Assembly (NCBI GenBank): GCA_002471865.1
Contig: DKQU01000041.1
Span: 23,340 to 47,339, forward strand
Length of the DNA stretch: 24,000 nucleotides
Origin: Fidelibacterota bacterium UBA7300
GTDB lineage: Bacteria > Fidelibacterota > Marinisomatia > Marinisomatales > UBA2128
Reading direction: 5' to 3'
Position numbers and translations under genes: made by a program. Shown piece by piece: positions 1 to 7,495 of this stretch (the first letter of the stretch is position 1; every line of letters starts with the position of its first letter). The notes beneath the pieces were generated by a model that saw nothing but the letters and a program-made list of their open reading frames with translations, did not search any database and was not told where the DNA came from.

Positions 1-2
1 TC

Positions 3-770
3 CATAAGGATTATATATCTGCTGGGGCTCATGTGATTACCACCAACACTTTCCAGCTCAGCCGCCGCAGTTTCAGGAACCACTTTGCCAGCGACGAACA
101 CATGGCCCTCCAAGGTGTTGCTAACCTAACTGATCGGGTCGGAGAACTGGTCAATGATTCTGTTCAGTTAGCTGATGAGGCTCGGAAAGCGCTCGGCAGA
201 GATGATGTTCTTATTGCTGCTTCCATTACCACATTGGAGTGGTGCTTCAGACCTGATAAAACCCCTGATATTGAAAAAATCTATGATGAATACCTCGCAG
301 AGCTTACAGATTATTCAGACGCTGGCACCGACATATTTCTATTTGAGACCTTCAATTCCACTCCTGAAGCCGTTGTCGCTATCCGGGCAGCCAGGGAAGT
401 CGGTAAGCCTGGATGGATAGCCTTGGTTCCTTATAAGGACGGCAACCTGCTAGGAGGTGAGTCTATGGAGCAGGTGGTAGATGCTCTGGGTCCTGAGGAA
501 CCGGATGTACTTTTATTAAACTGTGCTCCGCCTCATCATGTTACTGCGGGTATGGAAAAACTTGCTCCCCTTTGGAAAAGCCCGCTGGGTGTTTATGCTC
601 ATGTGGGGAAATTCAATCCACCGGAATGGCACTTCACCAATGAGTATCCCCCAGATAAGTATCTTTCTGAATGTAAACATTGGCACGACTTGGGTGCTAC
701 CGTCATAGGAGGTTGTTGTGGTACCACACCTGAACACATAGCACTGATCTCCAATTCTCTTGAAGACTGA
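3..770 (+). CDS. Homocysteine S-methyltransferase family protein (Zn/Hcy-binding domain), 5' end cut by the window edge
   Basis: The frame is open from nt 3 (HKDYISAGAHVITTNTF, the conserved N-proximal family motif), so the GTG at 33 in the ORF track is not the true start. LLNCAPP and GGCCGTTPEHI supply the three Zn-ligand cysteines typical of this family. TGA stop at 768-770. Confidence 0.85.
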   Translation, partial: HKDYISAGAHVITTNTFQLSRRSFRNHFASDEHMALQGVANLTDRVGELVNDSVQLADEARKALGRDDVLIAASITTLEWCFRPDKTPDIEKIYDEYLAELTDYSDAGTDIFLFETFNSTPEAVVAIRAAREVGKPGWIALVPYKDGNLLGGESMEQVVDALGPEEPDVLLLNCAPPHHVTAGMEKLAPLWKSPLGVYAHVGKFNPPEWHFTNEYPPDKYLSECKHWHDLGATVIGGCCGTTPEHIALISNSLED

Positions 771-776
771 AGATCT

Positions 777-2411
777 TCAATCTTCTATCATAAACGGATA
801 ACGATAGTCCTTGGGAGGATCAAGATTTTCTTTGATTGTCCGTTGTGAAACCCACCGAGCCAAATTCCACATGGAGCCGGCCTTGTCATTGGTACCGGAA
901 GCTCTGCCGCCGCCGAACGGCTGCTGACCTACTACTGCACCGGTGGGTTTATCGTTGATATAATAGTTGCCAGCGGCATGCCTGAGTACCGAGCCAGCCT
1001 CATCCAGAGCTTGTTGGTCCTGAGAGAATACACATCCTGTGAGTGCATAGATGGATGTATTATCTACAAGATTCAGTGTCTCCTTCCACTGTGAGGGGTC
1101 GTAGATATAGATGGTCAATACCGGTCCGAAGATTTCCTCTTCCATGGTTTTAAAATGCGGATCAGTTGTGAGAATCGTTGTTGGCTCGATGAAATAACCC
1201 ACTGAATCATCATAATTTCCTCCGGTGAGAAGCTCAGCAACCGGCGAATTCTTACCGAACTCGATGTATTCCACAATGGAGTCAAAAGCTGCCTTGTCAA
1301 TTACAGCGTTCATAAAGTTGGAAAAGTCTTCTACATCACCCATTTTGATGGTCTTCACCTCGGCAATATAACGCTCCTTCACTTCATCCCAGATGGTAGA
1401 GGGGATGTAGGCCCGTGAGAGAGCAGAGCATTTCTGACCTTGATATTCGAAAGCGCCTCGAACCATGGCTGTCGCCAGCGCATCAATGTCCGCCGATTCG
1501 TGAGCTATACAAAAATCCTTCCCGCCGGTTTCACCTACTATTCGTGGATAGCTCCGATAGTTTGCGATGTTTTCTCCGACAGTTTTCCACATTCGATGAA
1601 ATACAGCCGTGGAACCGGTGAAGTGAATGCCCGCCAGATCAGGGTGAGGCATGAGATTTGGGCCGACCTTTGAGCCTTGTCCCGGAATGAAATTGATGAC
1701 TCCATCAGGCAGTCCTGCTTCCTGAAACAGCTTCATCAGATAATAGGCGGGATAGACGGCGCTTGAGGCCGGTTTCCACAGTGAGACATTCCCCAAAAGT
1801 GCCGGTGATGTGGGGAGGTTACCGGCGATGCTCAGAAAATTGAACGGCGTCACCGCGAAGACGAACCCTTCCAGCGGGCGGTGCTCGGTGGAGTTCCGAG
1901 TTGGCTCCGGCGAATACATGGGCTGATTGGAGTAGAGTTCCTGCGCGTAGAACGGATTGAAGCGGTAGAAGTCGATGAGCTCGCACGCCGCGTCTATTTC
2001 GGCCTGGTAGGCGTTCTTGCTCATGTTGAGCATGGCGGCGGCATTCATGAGATCGCGATAAGGACCGGTGAGCAGTTCGTCCATTTTGGAAAAAATCTTT
2101 GCACGAGTTTCGAATGGTGTAACAGACCACTCTTTCCACGCCTCGAGAGCTGACTCAACCGCCATCCGGACTTCCTCTTCGCCGGCTTTGTGATAGCGTC
2201 CGATTATGTGATGATGATTGTGGGGCATTACGCAATCTACCAGGTTTCCGGTGCGGATTTCTTCCCCACCGATGATAAGCGGGATCTCAATCTCGGTTGC
2301 CTGCAATTCAGCCAGCTTGGCTTTTAAACTTGCTCTCTCGTCGCTGCCGGGAGCGTATGATTTTACCGGTTCGTTGACCGGTATTGGGACGGTTAAATCG
2401 GAATTATTCAT
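777..2411 (-). CDS. pruA: L-glutamate gamma-semialdehyde (1-pyrroline-5-carboxylate) dehydrogenase
   Basis: 544-aa aldehyde dehydrogenase superfamily protein. Motifs seen: N-terminal PVNEPVKSYAPGS, NAYQAEIDAACELIDFYRFN, catalytic Glu region VGETGGKDF and catalytic Cys region QGQKCSA. Length and motifs match the long monofunctional P5CDH seen in Bacteroidota-like lineages (recalled from memory). Confidence 0.9.
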   Translation of the reverse strand: MNNSDLTVPIPVNEPVKSYAPGSDERASLKAKLAELQATEIEIPLIIGGEEIRTGNLVDCVMPHNHHHIIGRYHKAGEEEVRMAVESALEAWKEWSVTPFETRAKIFSKMDELLTGPYRDLMNAAAMLNMSKNAYQAEIDAACELIDFYRFNPFYAQELYSNQPMYSPEPTRNSTEHRPLEGFVFAVTPFNFLSIAGNLPTSPALLGNVSLWKPASSAVYPAYYLMKLFQEAGLPDGVINFIPGQGSKVGPNLMPHPDLAGIHFTGSTAVFHRMWKTVGENIANYRSYPRIVGETGGKDFCIAHESADIDALATAMVRGAFEYQGQKCSALSRAYIPSTIWDEVKERYIAEVKTIKMGDVEDFSNFMNAVIDKAAFDSIVEYIEFGKNSPVAELLTGGNYDDSVGYFIEPTTILTTDPHFKTMEEEIFGPVLTIYIYDPSQWKETLNLVDNTSIYALTGCVFSQDQQALDEAGSVLRHAAGNYYINDKPTGAVVGQQPFGGGRASGTNDKAGSMWNLARWVSQRTIKENLDPPKDYRYPFMIED

Positions 2412-2527
2412 TGATTATGTTCCTTAATAATAGGGAATGATATTGAATTTATGACTGAAGGAATTTAGCTGGAGCAGTCAGTAATAAGCAAGTGGAAGGA
2501 CTGATATAAAAGTAGAATTAAAGTAGC

Positions 2528-3370
2528 TTAGTTATTCTTTATTCGCGATAATCGTAAGATCTCCGGGGCATATTCAAAATGAATGGTATCAAAGTGGCTC
2601 CATTTTCCTCCCCAGACGAATCCATTTTTCTCAAATGCATCTATGACTGCTTGCGGGGGAGTCCACCGTTTTTCCAGCGGAATTAGATGCCACTCTTTAA
2701 TAAACGCAGTACTCCATTTCCAGTTGGCGTGTTTGCCATCATACGATTCGGGTACTAAGTCTAAAGCCAATCCATAGGAATGATGGCTGGCATTTTCAGA
2801 TCCGCGTACTTTTTTCTGTTGGAATGAATAGATAATTTTAAGGTTCTCAACAAAATCCTCAACTTCAACATTACTCTTTGCTGCATAAAAAATTTCTGTT
2901 TCCACTTTTCTCAATGCTTCCTCACAAAAATGGTTCATATATGCCTTATGATCTAAAAAAGGGACCCAATCGCACTGTTCTCTCAATAGAGTTTCCTTGG
3001 TACCGAAAACAAGATCCAGGAAATCTGAAGATCGCACTGGCATTTGCTGATATTTAGGAGGTTTTATCAGTTTGCCTAGAGGGTAATCGTAGAAGATTGA
3101 CTGATACCGGTTTTGAAACCTGAAACCCTCTTCAGTGAGCATCCTGCCGTTGCGGAAATAAACCCAGGTTTTGTTGATCAAGAAGGCTACGTCGTTATCC
3201 TTGGTTGTAGTTTCTTGAATGAAATCTCCGTACACTTCAAGCAAAACGGCAACTTCCGGGATGTCTTCCCACTTTGATGTAGTTTGTTCAAGCGGTGGGA
3301 AAGCTGGAGTTAGAAAACTTAAAACAATGAGAGGTGACAGGATGATTTTCCCTGATGAGATTGGGTTCAA
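2528..3370 (-). CDS. M15 family (VanY/LAS-fold) zinc metallopeptidase, probably exported
   Basis: SHHSYGLALDL (H-x6-D) plus WSHFDTIHFEY (distal His) form the LAS-type Zn signature of D-Ala-D-Ala carboxypeptidase-like M15 enzymes. The N-terminus is hydrophobic (IILSPLIVLSFLTPAFPP). Only a TTG start is available, and it overlaps the GNAT stop. Confidence 0.7.
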   Translation of the reverse strand: MNPISSGKIILSPLIVLSFLTPAFPPLEQTTSKWEDIPEVAVLLEVYGDFIQETTTKDNDVAFLINKTWVYFRNGRMLTEEGFRFQNRYQSIFYDYPLGKLIKPPKYQQMPVRSSDFLDLVFGTKETLLREQCDWVPFLDHKAYMNHFCEEALRKVETEIFYAAKSNVEVEDFVENLKIIYSFQQKKVRGSENASHHSYGLALDLVPESYDGKHANWKWSTAFIKEWHLIPLEKRWTPPQAVIDAFEKNGFVWGGKWSHFDTIHFEYAPEILRLSRIKNN

Positions 3371-3819
3371 ATTTTACCTTCCATAATGATATAATTGGAT
3401 TTATCCATTCCCAGTTTTCGGTAGGTCTCTTGAGCCGAGATATTAGATGTATCAACGTACAATCTAATTCCGCAAATATCTCGATTTTCTCTTACCATCT
3501 TCAGGACTGTTTTGTGGAGTTGGCGGTAGATTCCTTTGTGCCGAAAATCAGGTTTGACATACACGCTTTGTATCCACCAGAAGTTGCCATTCCGCCAATC
3601 GCTCCATTCAGTGGTGATCATCAGTTGTCCTGCGACTTGGCCGTCGGCTTCAGCCAGCAGATAGAATCCCTTTTTCGGGTCATCAAAAAGTTGGTTGACA
3701 CCTTTTGTGAGGGTATCGTCATCTAATAACTTATCTTCAGTCTCGAGTGCCATGGCCTTGTTGAATTTGACGATAATTTCTGCGTCTTGTAGTGTAGCTT
3801 TACGAATAGTTAGTTTCAT
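3367..3819 (-). CDS. GNAT family N-acetyltransferase
   Basis: 150 aa. Acetyl-CoA binding motif region VYVKPDFRHKGIYRQLHKTV (Q/R-x-x-G-x-G/A-like). Typical GNAT length and pattern. Confidence 0.8.
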   Translation of the reverse strand: MKLTIRKATLQDAEIIVKFNKAMALETEDKLLDDDTLTKGVNQLFDDPKKGFYLLAEADGQVAGQLMITTEWSDWRNGNFWWIQSVYVKPDFRHKGIYRQLHKTVLKMVRENRDICGIRLYVDTSNISAQETYRKLGMDKSNYIIMEGKI

Positions 3820-3853
3820 AATTTTCCTAAGTCCTTTCCTGACAGACCGTCTT

Positions 3854-3885
3854 AACCTGACAGGTGTTCTTGTACCTGTCAGGTT
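3854..3885. other. Perfect 12-bp inverted repeat (AACCTGACAGGT / ACCTGTCAGGTT) with an 8-nt loop, between the TauE stop and the GNAT start
   Basis: Read directly from the sequence. A third copy of the core CCTGACAG lies at 3838-3845. No U-tract follows the hairpin on the transcribed (-) strand, so it is not a canonical intrinsic terminator. Confidence 0.6.
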
Positions 3886-3903
3886 GCAAGTTCTCTTTAA
3901 TTT

Positions 3904-4674
3904 TCATATCACTCCACTTCCAAGCCCGATGGAAAGGATAATTAGCATCACAGCTACTAACTTTTGGATTTGCTCCATGGTGACTTTTTCCACCAGTCGT
4001 TTACCAATGAACGCTCCCAAAAATGCTGCTGTACATCCAGTGATTATAAGAGGAATATTCTCGCTTTCCACTCCGGTATTATGACTGCTGTAAATCGCCA
4101 ACCGAGCCACATCAACCAGACAGGCGATGGTTACACCAGTTCCGATGAACTGCTCTTTCGTAAGTCCTGCATTTGCCAGAAAGGCACTTCGTAATGCACC
4201 CTGATGACCGGAAAGTCCCCCCATTAACCCGCTCACGGCTCCTCCAAGTGGAAGGAACTTTGAAGCGAATTGGAGCTCACGGAACCGCGGCAACAAATCC
4301 AGCATGGCGAATCCTAGAATCAGTACCGAGACTACTAGTTTAACAGCTTCTACGGTCATTTCTTTTCCCAGCCAGTTATAAGAATAGAGAGGTTCCAAAC
4401 CTGAGAGCTGAGTAAGAATCCACGCTCCGACAAATGCGAGAGTCATAGCAGGCAGTCCAAATTGCAGCAGGATACGATTCTTCCGATGTTTTCCAAAGAG
4501 TATAACCTTGAAAATATTGTTTGCCAGATGAACTACTGCTGTTGCTGCGATTGCAATCTCGATGGGGAAGAAAATGGCCATAGCCGGCATCAATAAAGTG
4601 CCGAGTCCAAACCCTGAAAAGAGTGTGAGTCCGGATACAACAAGAGCTACAGCAGCAATGAGAACATATTCCAT
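3904..4674 (-). CDS. TauE/SafE (DUF81) family anion exporter, polytopic membrane protein
   Basis: 256 aa, about 8 hydrophobic Gly-rich segments in a 4+4 arrangement typical of TauE/SafE sulfite/organosulfonate exporter-like proteins. The ATG at 4674 directly abuts the TAG of the upstream arsC (TAGATG), and a GGAG lies about 10 nt upstream. Confidence 0.75.
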   Translation of the reverse strand: MEYVLIAAVALVVSGLTLFSGFGLGTLLMPAMAIFFPIEIAIAATAVVHLANNIFKVILFGKHRKNRILLQFGLPAMTLAFVGAWILTQLSGLEPLYSYNWLGKEMTVEAVKLVVSVLILGFAMLDLLPRFRELQFASKFLPLGGAVSGLMGGLSGHQGALRSAFLANAGLTKEQFIGTGVTIACLVDVARLAIYSSHNTGVESENIPLIITGCTAAFLGAFIGKRLVEKVTMEQIQKLVAVMLIILSIGLGSGVI

Positions 4675-5025
4675 CTACAGAAGCTCCAATACTTTTTCTG
4701 TAGGACGACCAAGTATTGCAAAACTGCCTTTTACAGCTATAGGTCGCTCAATCAATCTTGGATGAGCTGCCATCCGTTGAAAAAGTTCATCATCATCCTC
4801 AAGTTTATCCTTAAGCCCCAACTCTTTGTATTCAGATTCCCGCTTGCGAATGAATTGATTCGGTCTCAGCCCCATCATCTTAGCCAGTTTCCGGAGTTCC
4901 TCTTCCGTCGGCGGTTCATCAAGATACTTGATCAACTTCGGTTCAATCCCATTATCCTTGAGAAGCTTCACGGCTTCCCGGCTCTTTTTTCATCTGGGGT
5001 TGTGATAGATTACCATTTCACTCAT
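4675..5025 (-). CDS. arsC: ArsC-family (glutaredoxin-type) arsenate reductase with an in-frame TGA at the catalytic Cys position; candidate selenoprotein (116 aa counting Sec)
   Basis: Manual translation of the minus strand from ATG 5025-5023 gives MSEMVIYHNPR-TGA-KKSREAVKLLKDNGIEP..., continuous with track ORF 4675-4971. The TGA (4992-4990) replaces the Cys of the HNPxC(G/S)xSR motif (Cys12 of plasmid R773 ArsC, as recalled). The Arg triad equivalents are present (FIRKRE, IERPIA, LGRPTE). GGAGATAAAG sits directly before the ATG. A stem-loop lies 13 nt after the TGA. Confidence 0.75.
4960..4979 (-). promoter_or_regulatory. Candidate bacterial SECIS stem-loop downstream of the in-frame UGA
   Basis: The mRNA reads UGA-AAAAAGAGCC-GGGAAGC-CGUGAA-GCUUCUC. 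This forms a 7-bp stem (6 Watson-Crick pairs plus 1 G-U) with a 6-nt apical loop containing GU. The loop lies about 20-25 nt after the UGA, within the spacing usually described for bacterial SECIS elements. Confidence 0.5.
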
Positions 5026-5130
5026 CTTTATCTCCAAGTTAGTTTATGGCTAAAAAATAGCGATAAAGTTGTATGAAATGCCACTATCCATTGGAACTTT
5101 ATATTCTTTTTCTGAGTTATTCGGAAAGAA

Positions 5131-5159
5131 TTGACAACTCGAACACAGGTGATTAACTT
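5131..5159 (+). promoter_or_regulatory. Possible sigma70-like promoter for the mreB operon (TTGACA, 17-bp spacer, TAACTT)
   Basis: Exact TTGACA at 5131-5136 and a weak -10-like TAACTT at 5154-5159, in the 162-bp divergent intergenic region. The -10 is poor, and FCB-type organisms may use different promoter consensus sequences. Confidence 0.25.
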
Positions 5160-5187
5160 TGGCGACATATTCCACTTCTGATATCTC

Positions 5188-6210
5188 ATGAAATTTATAA
5201 AAAACGGCGTTGGCAGTTGGGTTTCCGGTGATCTTGCTATTGATTTAGGAACAGCCAATACTCTTATCTGGATGACAAGTAAGGGAATTGTAATCAATGA
5301 GCCGTCAGTGGTTGCTCGCAATATAAACGATGGAGAAATAGTAGCTGTGGGCAATGAAGCCAAAGATATGGTGGGGAAAACTCATCGTGAATTGGAAACT
5401 CTTCAACCACTAAAAGATGGCGTTATTGCAGATTTCACAATGACCGATGGGATGCTTCAAGGATTTGTCCGAAAAATCAATTTCAACAGAATTGCTCGTC
5501 CTAGGATGGTAATCTGTGTACCCAGCGGCGTGACGGAAGTAGAGCGCCGGGCAGTAAAAGATTCAGGAGAAAGAGCCAACGCTCGAGAGATTTTTCTGGT
5601 GGAAGAACCCGTTGCAGCTGCAATAGGGATTGGATTGGATATCAGCAAACCAGTAGGAAATATGATTGTTGATATAGGTGGAGGCACGACTGAAACTGCT
5701 GTTATCGCACTAAATGGAGTTGTTACCAAAGAAACTATCCCTGTAGCTGGTGAAAAAATGGATGAAGCAATAGTTCAGTGGTTCAGAGTTGAACACAAGC
5801 TTGAGATAGGTATTCCTACTGCCGAGAAAATTAAATGTTCTGTAGGTGCTGCCATGCGTATGAAGCAAACTTCTATTGCAGTTAAAGGTCGAGATCTCGT
5901 TTCAGGTATCCCCAAGACAGTTGAAATCTCTTCAGATGAAATCCGGCAAGCGCTGAAAGATTGTGTTACCCAGATTGTAGATGCCGTAAAACGAGCGTTG
6001 GAAAAAACTCCACCCGAGTTAGCGGTAGATATTCTGGATAGAGGAATTATCTTAACCGGTGGCGGAGCAAGCCTGAAAGGATTGGATCAAAATATTCGTG
6101 AACGTACAAATCTTGCTGCAAATGTTTCTGAATCACCCATGTTCGATGTTGTAAAAGGGACTGGCATAGTACTCTCAGATGTAAAGAAGTATGCGGATGT
6201 CCTTATCTAG
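5188..6210 (+). CDS. mreB: Rod shape-determining actin homologue MreB
   Basis: 340 aa. Motifs seen: DLAIDLGTANTLI, EPSVVA, MVICVPSGVTEVERRAV, EEPVAAAIG, VDIGGGTTE and GIILTGGGASLKGLD. These are canonical MreB/actin-fold phosphate and adenosine motifs. Confidence 0.95.
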   Translation: MKFIKNGVGSWVSGDLAIDLGTANTLIWMTSKGIVINEPSVVARNINDGEIVAVGNEAKDMVGKTHRELETLQPLKDGVIADFTMTDGMLQGFVRKINFNRIARPRMVICVPSGVTEVERRAVKDSGERANAREIFLVEEPVAAAIGIGLDISKPVGNMIVDIGGGTTETAVIALNGVVTKETIPVAGEKMDEAIVQWFRVEHKLEIGIPTAEKIKCSVGAAMRMKQTSIAVKGRDLVSGIPKTVEISSDEIRQALKDCVTQIVDAVKRALEKTPPELAVDILDRGIILTGGGASLKGLDQNIRERTNLAANVSESPMFDVVKGTGIVLSDVKKYADVLI

Positions 6211-6216
6211 CATTTC

Positions 6217-7014
6217 TTGATGCGCCGTTTTCTTGGCTTTCTGGTTGAGCGTAAAGATTACGTCACACTTATACTGGCAGTAATTTTCTCTATTGCATTA
6301 CTTTCTTCTGATGATTCTGAAGAAATCCGAATCATCCGCGGCAAAACCAATGATGTCCTAAATGTACTTTATTCCCCTGTTCAATGGGTTCGAGATGTCA
6401 ATATATTAAAGCGTGAAAACGAAATCCTGAAATCAAGATCAGTCCAGCTCAAACTTCTAAATTCATCTCTCATAAACTATAAATATGAAAATGAACGACT
6501 TCGTGAGATGTTGGAATTTAAAAGACAAAGACGTTTGGAACTTATTCCGGGACGAGTGATCAACAAAGGAATGTCTGTTGTCCTGAGTTCTATTAGCATA
6601 GATATTGGAACTAGAGAAGGGATTGAAGAAAACAGTGCTGTAATGGGAATTGACGGTATTGTTGGAAAAACTGTAAACGTTGGTGAGCATTCGTCTATTG
6701 TTCAAATTCTTCAAGATTATAATGCAAGAGTCAGCGTAAAACTGGAAACTTCAGGAGCAACTGGTATATTAAGATGGCGAGAAAAAGATACATTTGAAGT
6801 CTGGGAAATTCCGAAGGCAATTCCTGTTCAAATGAGCGAGAGGATTCTGACGTCCGGGCACAGCGATATATATCCCGAAAATCTACCAGTAGGAAAAGTT
6901 ATTGAAGTCATAGATCAACCAGAAATGCTTCACAAAATTATTAAAGCTGAGGCTTTTACTGATTTTTCATCTATCCAATATGTTTTTGTTGTCAGGAGTC
7001 TAAGTAGTGAATAG
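6217..7014 (+). CDS. mreC: Rod shape-determining protein MreC
   Basis: 265 aa with an N-terminal TM segment, a coiled-coil (NEILKSRSVQLKLLNSSLINYKYENERLREML), then a beta-rich domain (GIDGIVGKTVNVGEHSSIVQIL). Positioned between mreB and mreD. Start is TTG 6217 or ATG 6220. Confidence 0.85.
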   Translation: MMRRFLGFLVERKDYVTLILAVIFSIALLSSDDSEEIRIIRGKTNDVLNVLYSPVQWVRDVNILKRENEILKSRSVQLKLLNSSLINYKYENERLREMLEFKRQRRLELIPGRVINKGMSVVLSSISIDIGTREGIEENSAVMGIDGIVGKTVNVGEHSSIVQILQDYNARVSVKLETSGATGILRWREKDTFEVWEIPKAIPVQMSERILTSGHSDIYPENLPVGKVIEVIDQPEMLHKIIKAEAFTDFSSIQYVFVVRSLSSE

Positions 7015-7489
7015 AAATACAACACTACTTTTAGCTGGGTTGACTTTTATTCTACAGTTTTATCTATCAGAGTTCATGACTATCGGTTCTATACGTCCCG
7101 ATTTTCTCCTTATTTTTGTAATCTATGTGTCATTTCAATACGGAAGTTTTATAGGCGTGATTGCGGGATTTTCACTTGGTTTGTTAGGAGATCTTAGCGA
7201 TGGGTCCATGTTTGGATTAGCACCATTGACTAAATCAATCACAGGTTTCCTTGTTGGCAAACTTCAGGGCCAGCATTCCCGTATGAATCCTTTATATTTC
7301 CATGCTACTTGGATAGGGATCATCTTTTTTCATTTTGTCTTTTATATTTATTTTCGTTTTCAAACATTATATGAAACCTCATCTGAACAGTTTTTTCTCA
7401 CATGGTTATTTTCAGCAGTATACACCTTGGCGCTTCTTGGATTAATGCAGATAGTGAAGCCAATTGGTGAGATCCGCCCATTAGAATAA
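7007..7489 (+). CDS. mreD: Rod shape-determining protein MreD
   Basis: 160-aa polytopic membrane protein. It overlaps the mreC 3' end by 8 nt and has the conserved position in mreBCD. Confidence 0.75.
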   Translation: MNRNTTLLLAGLTFILQFYLSEFMTIGSIRPDFLLIFVIYVSFQYGSFIGVIAGFSLGLLGDLSDGSMFGLAPLTKSITGFLVGKLQGQHSRMNPLYFHATWIGIIFFHFVFYIYFRFQTLYETSSEQFFLTWLFSAVYTLALLGLMQIVKPIGEIRPLE

Positions 7490-7495
7490 AGCTTT

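Noticed and set aside
3-770. Possible functional link between the homocysteine (seleno)methyltransferase-family gene and the nearby selenoprotein gene.
   Set aside because: The two genes are 4 kb apart on opposite strands with unrelated genes between them. Hcy S-methyltransferases are common housekeeping enzymes, and no sequence-level evidence supports a link.
1819-2153. Overlapping 106-aa (-) and 90-aa (+) ORFs, and other small ORFs, inside pruA.
   Set aside because: They are alternative-frame or antisense shadows within a highly conserved ALDH gene. Their Arg/His-rich odd composition is typical of an out-of-frame reading.
4990-4992. The in-frame TGA in arsC could reflect an alternative genetic code (TGA read as Trp or Gly) rather than Sec.
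   Set aside because: TGA clearly terminates several well-conserved genes here at their expected C-termini: the Hcy methyltransferase at 768-770, pruA at 777-779, the GNAT gene at 3367-3369, mrdA at 9266-9268, the GT5-like gene at 12227-12229 and glyA at 17443-17445. The standard code therefore applies. A simple nonsense pseudogene cannot be fully excluded. It is less likely given the exact Cys-position match, the intact downstream frame and catalytic residues, the Shine-Dalgarno sequence and the hairpin.
4762-5076. 104-aa ORF on the plus strand.
   Set aside because: It is antisense to the arsC(Sec) gene and its 5' region. It is explained by the strongly supported minus-strand gene.
5028-5363. 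111-aa ORF on the minus strand.
   Set aside because: It spans the divergent intergenic region and runs antisense to the 5' end of mreB. It has low-complexity composition and no recognisable motifs, so it is a shadow ORF.
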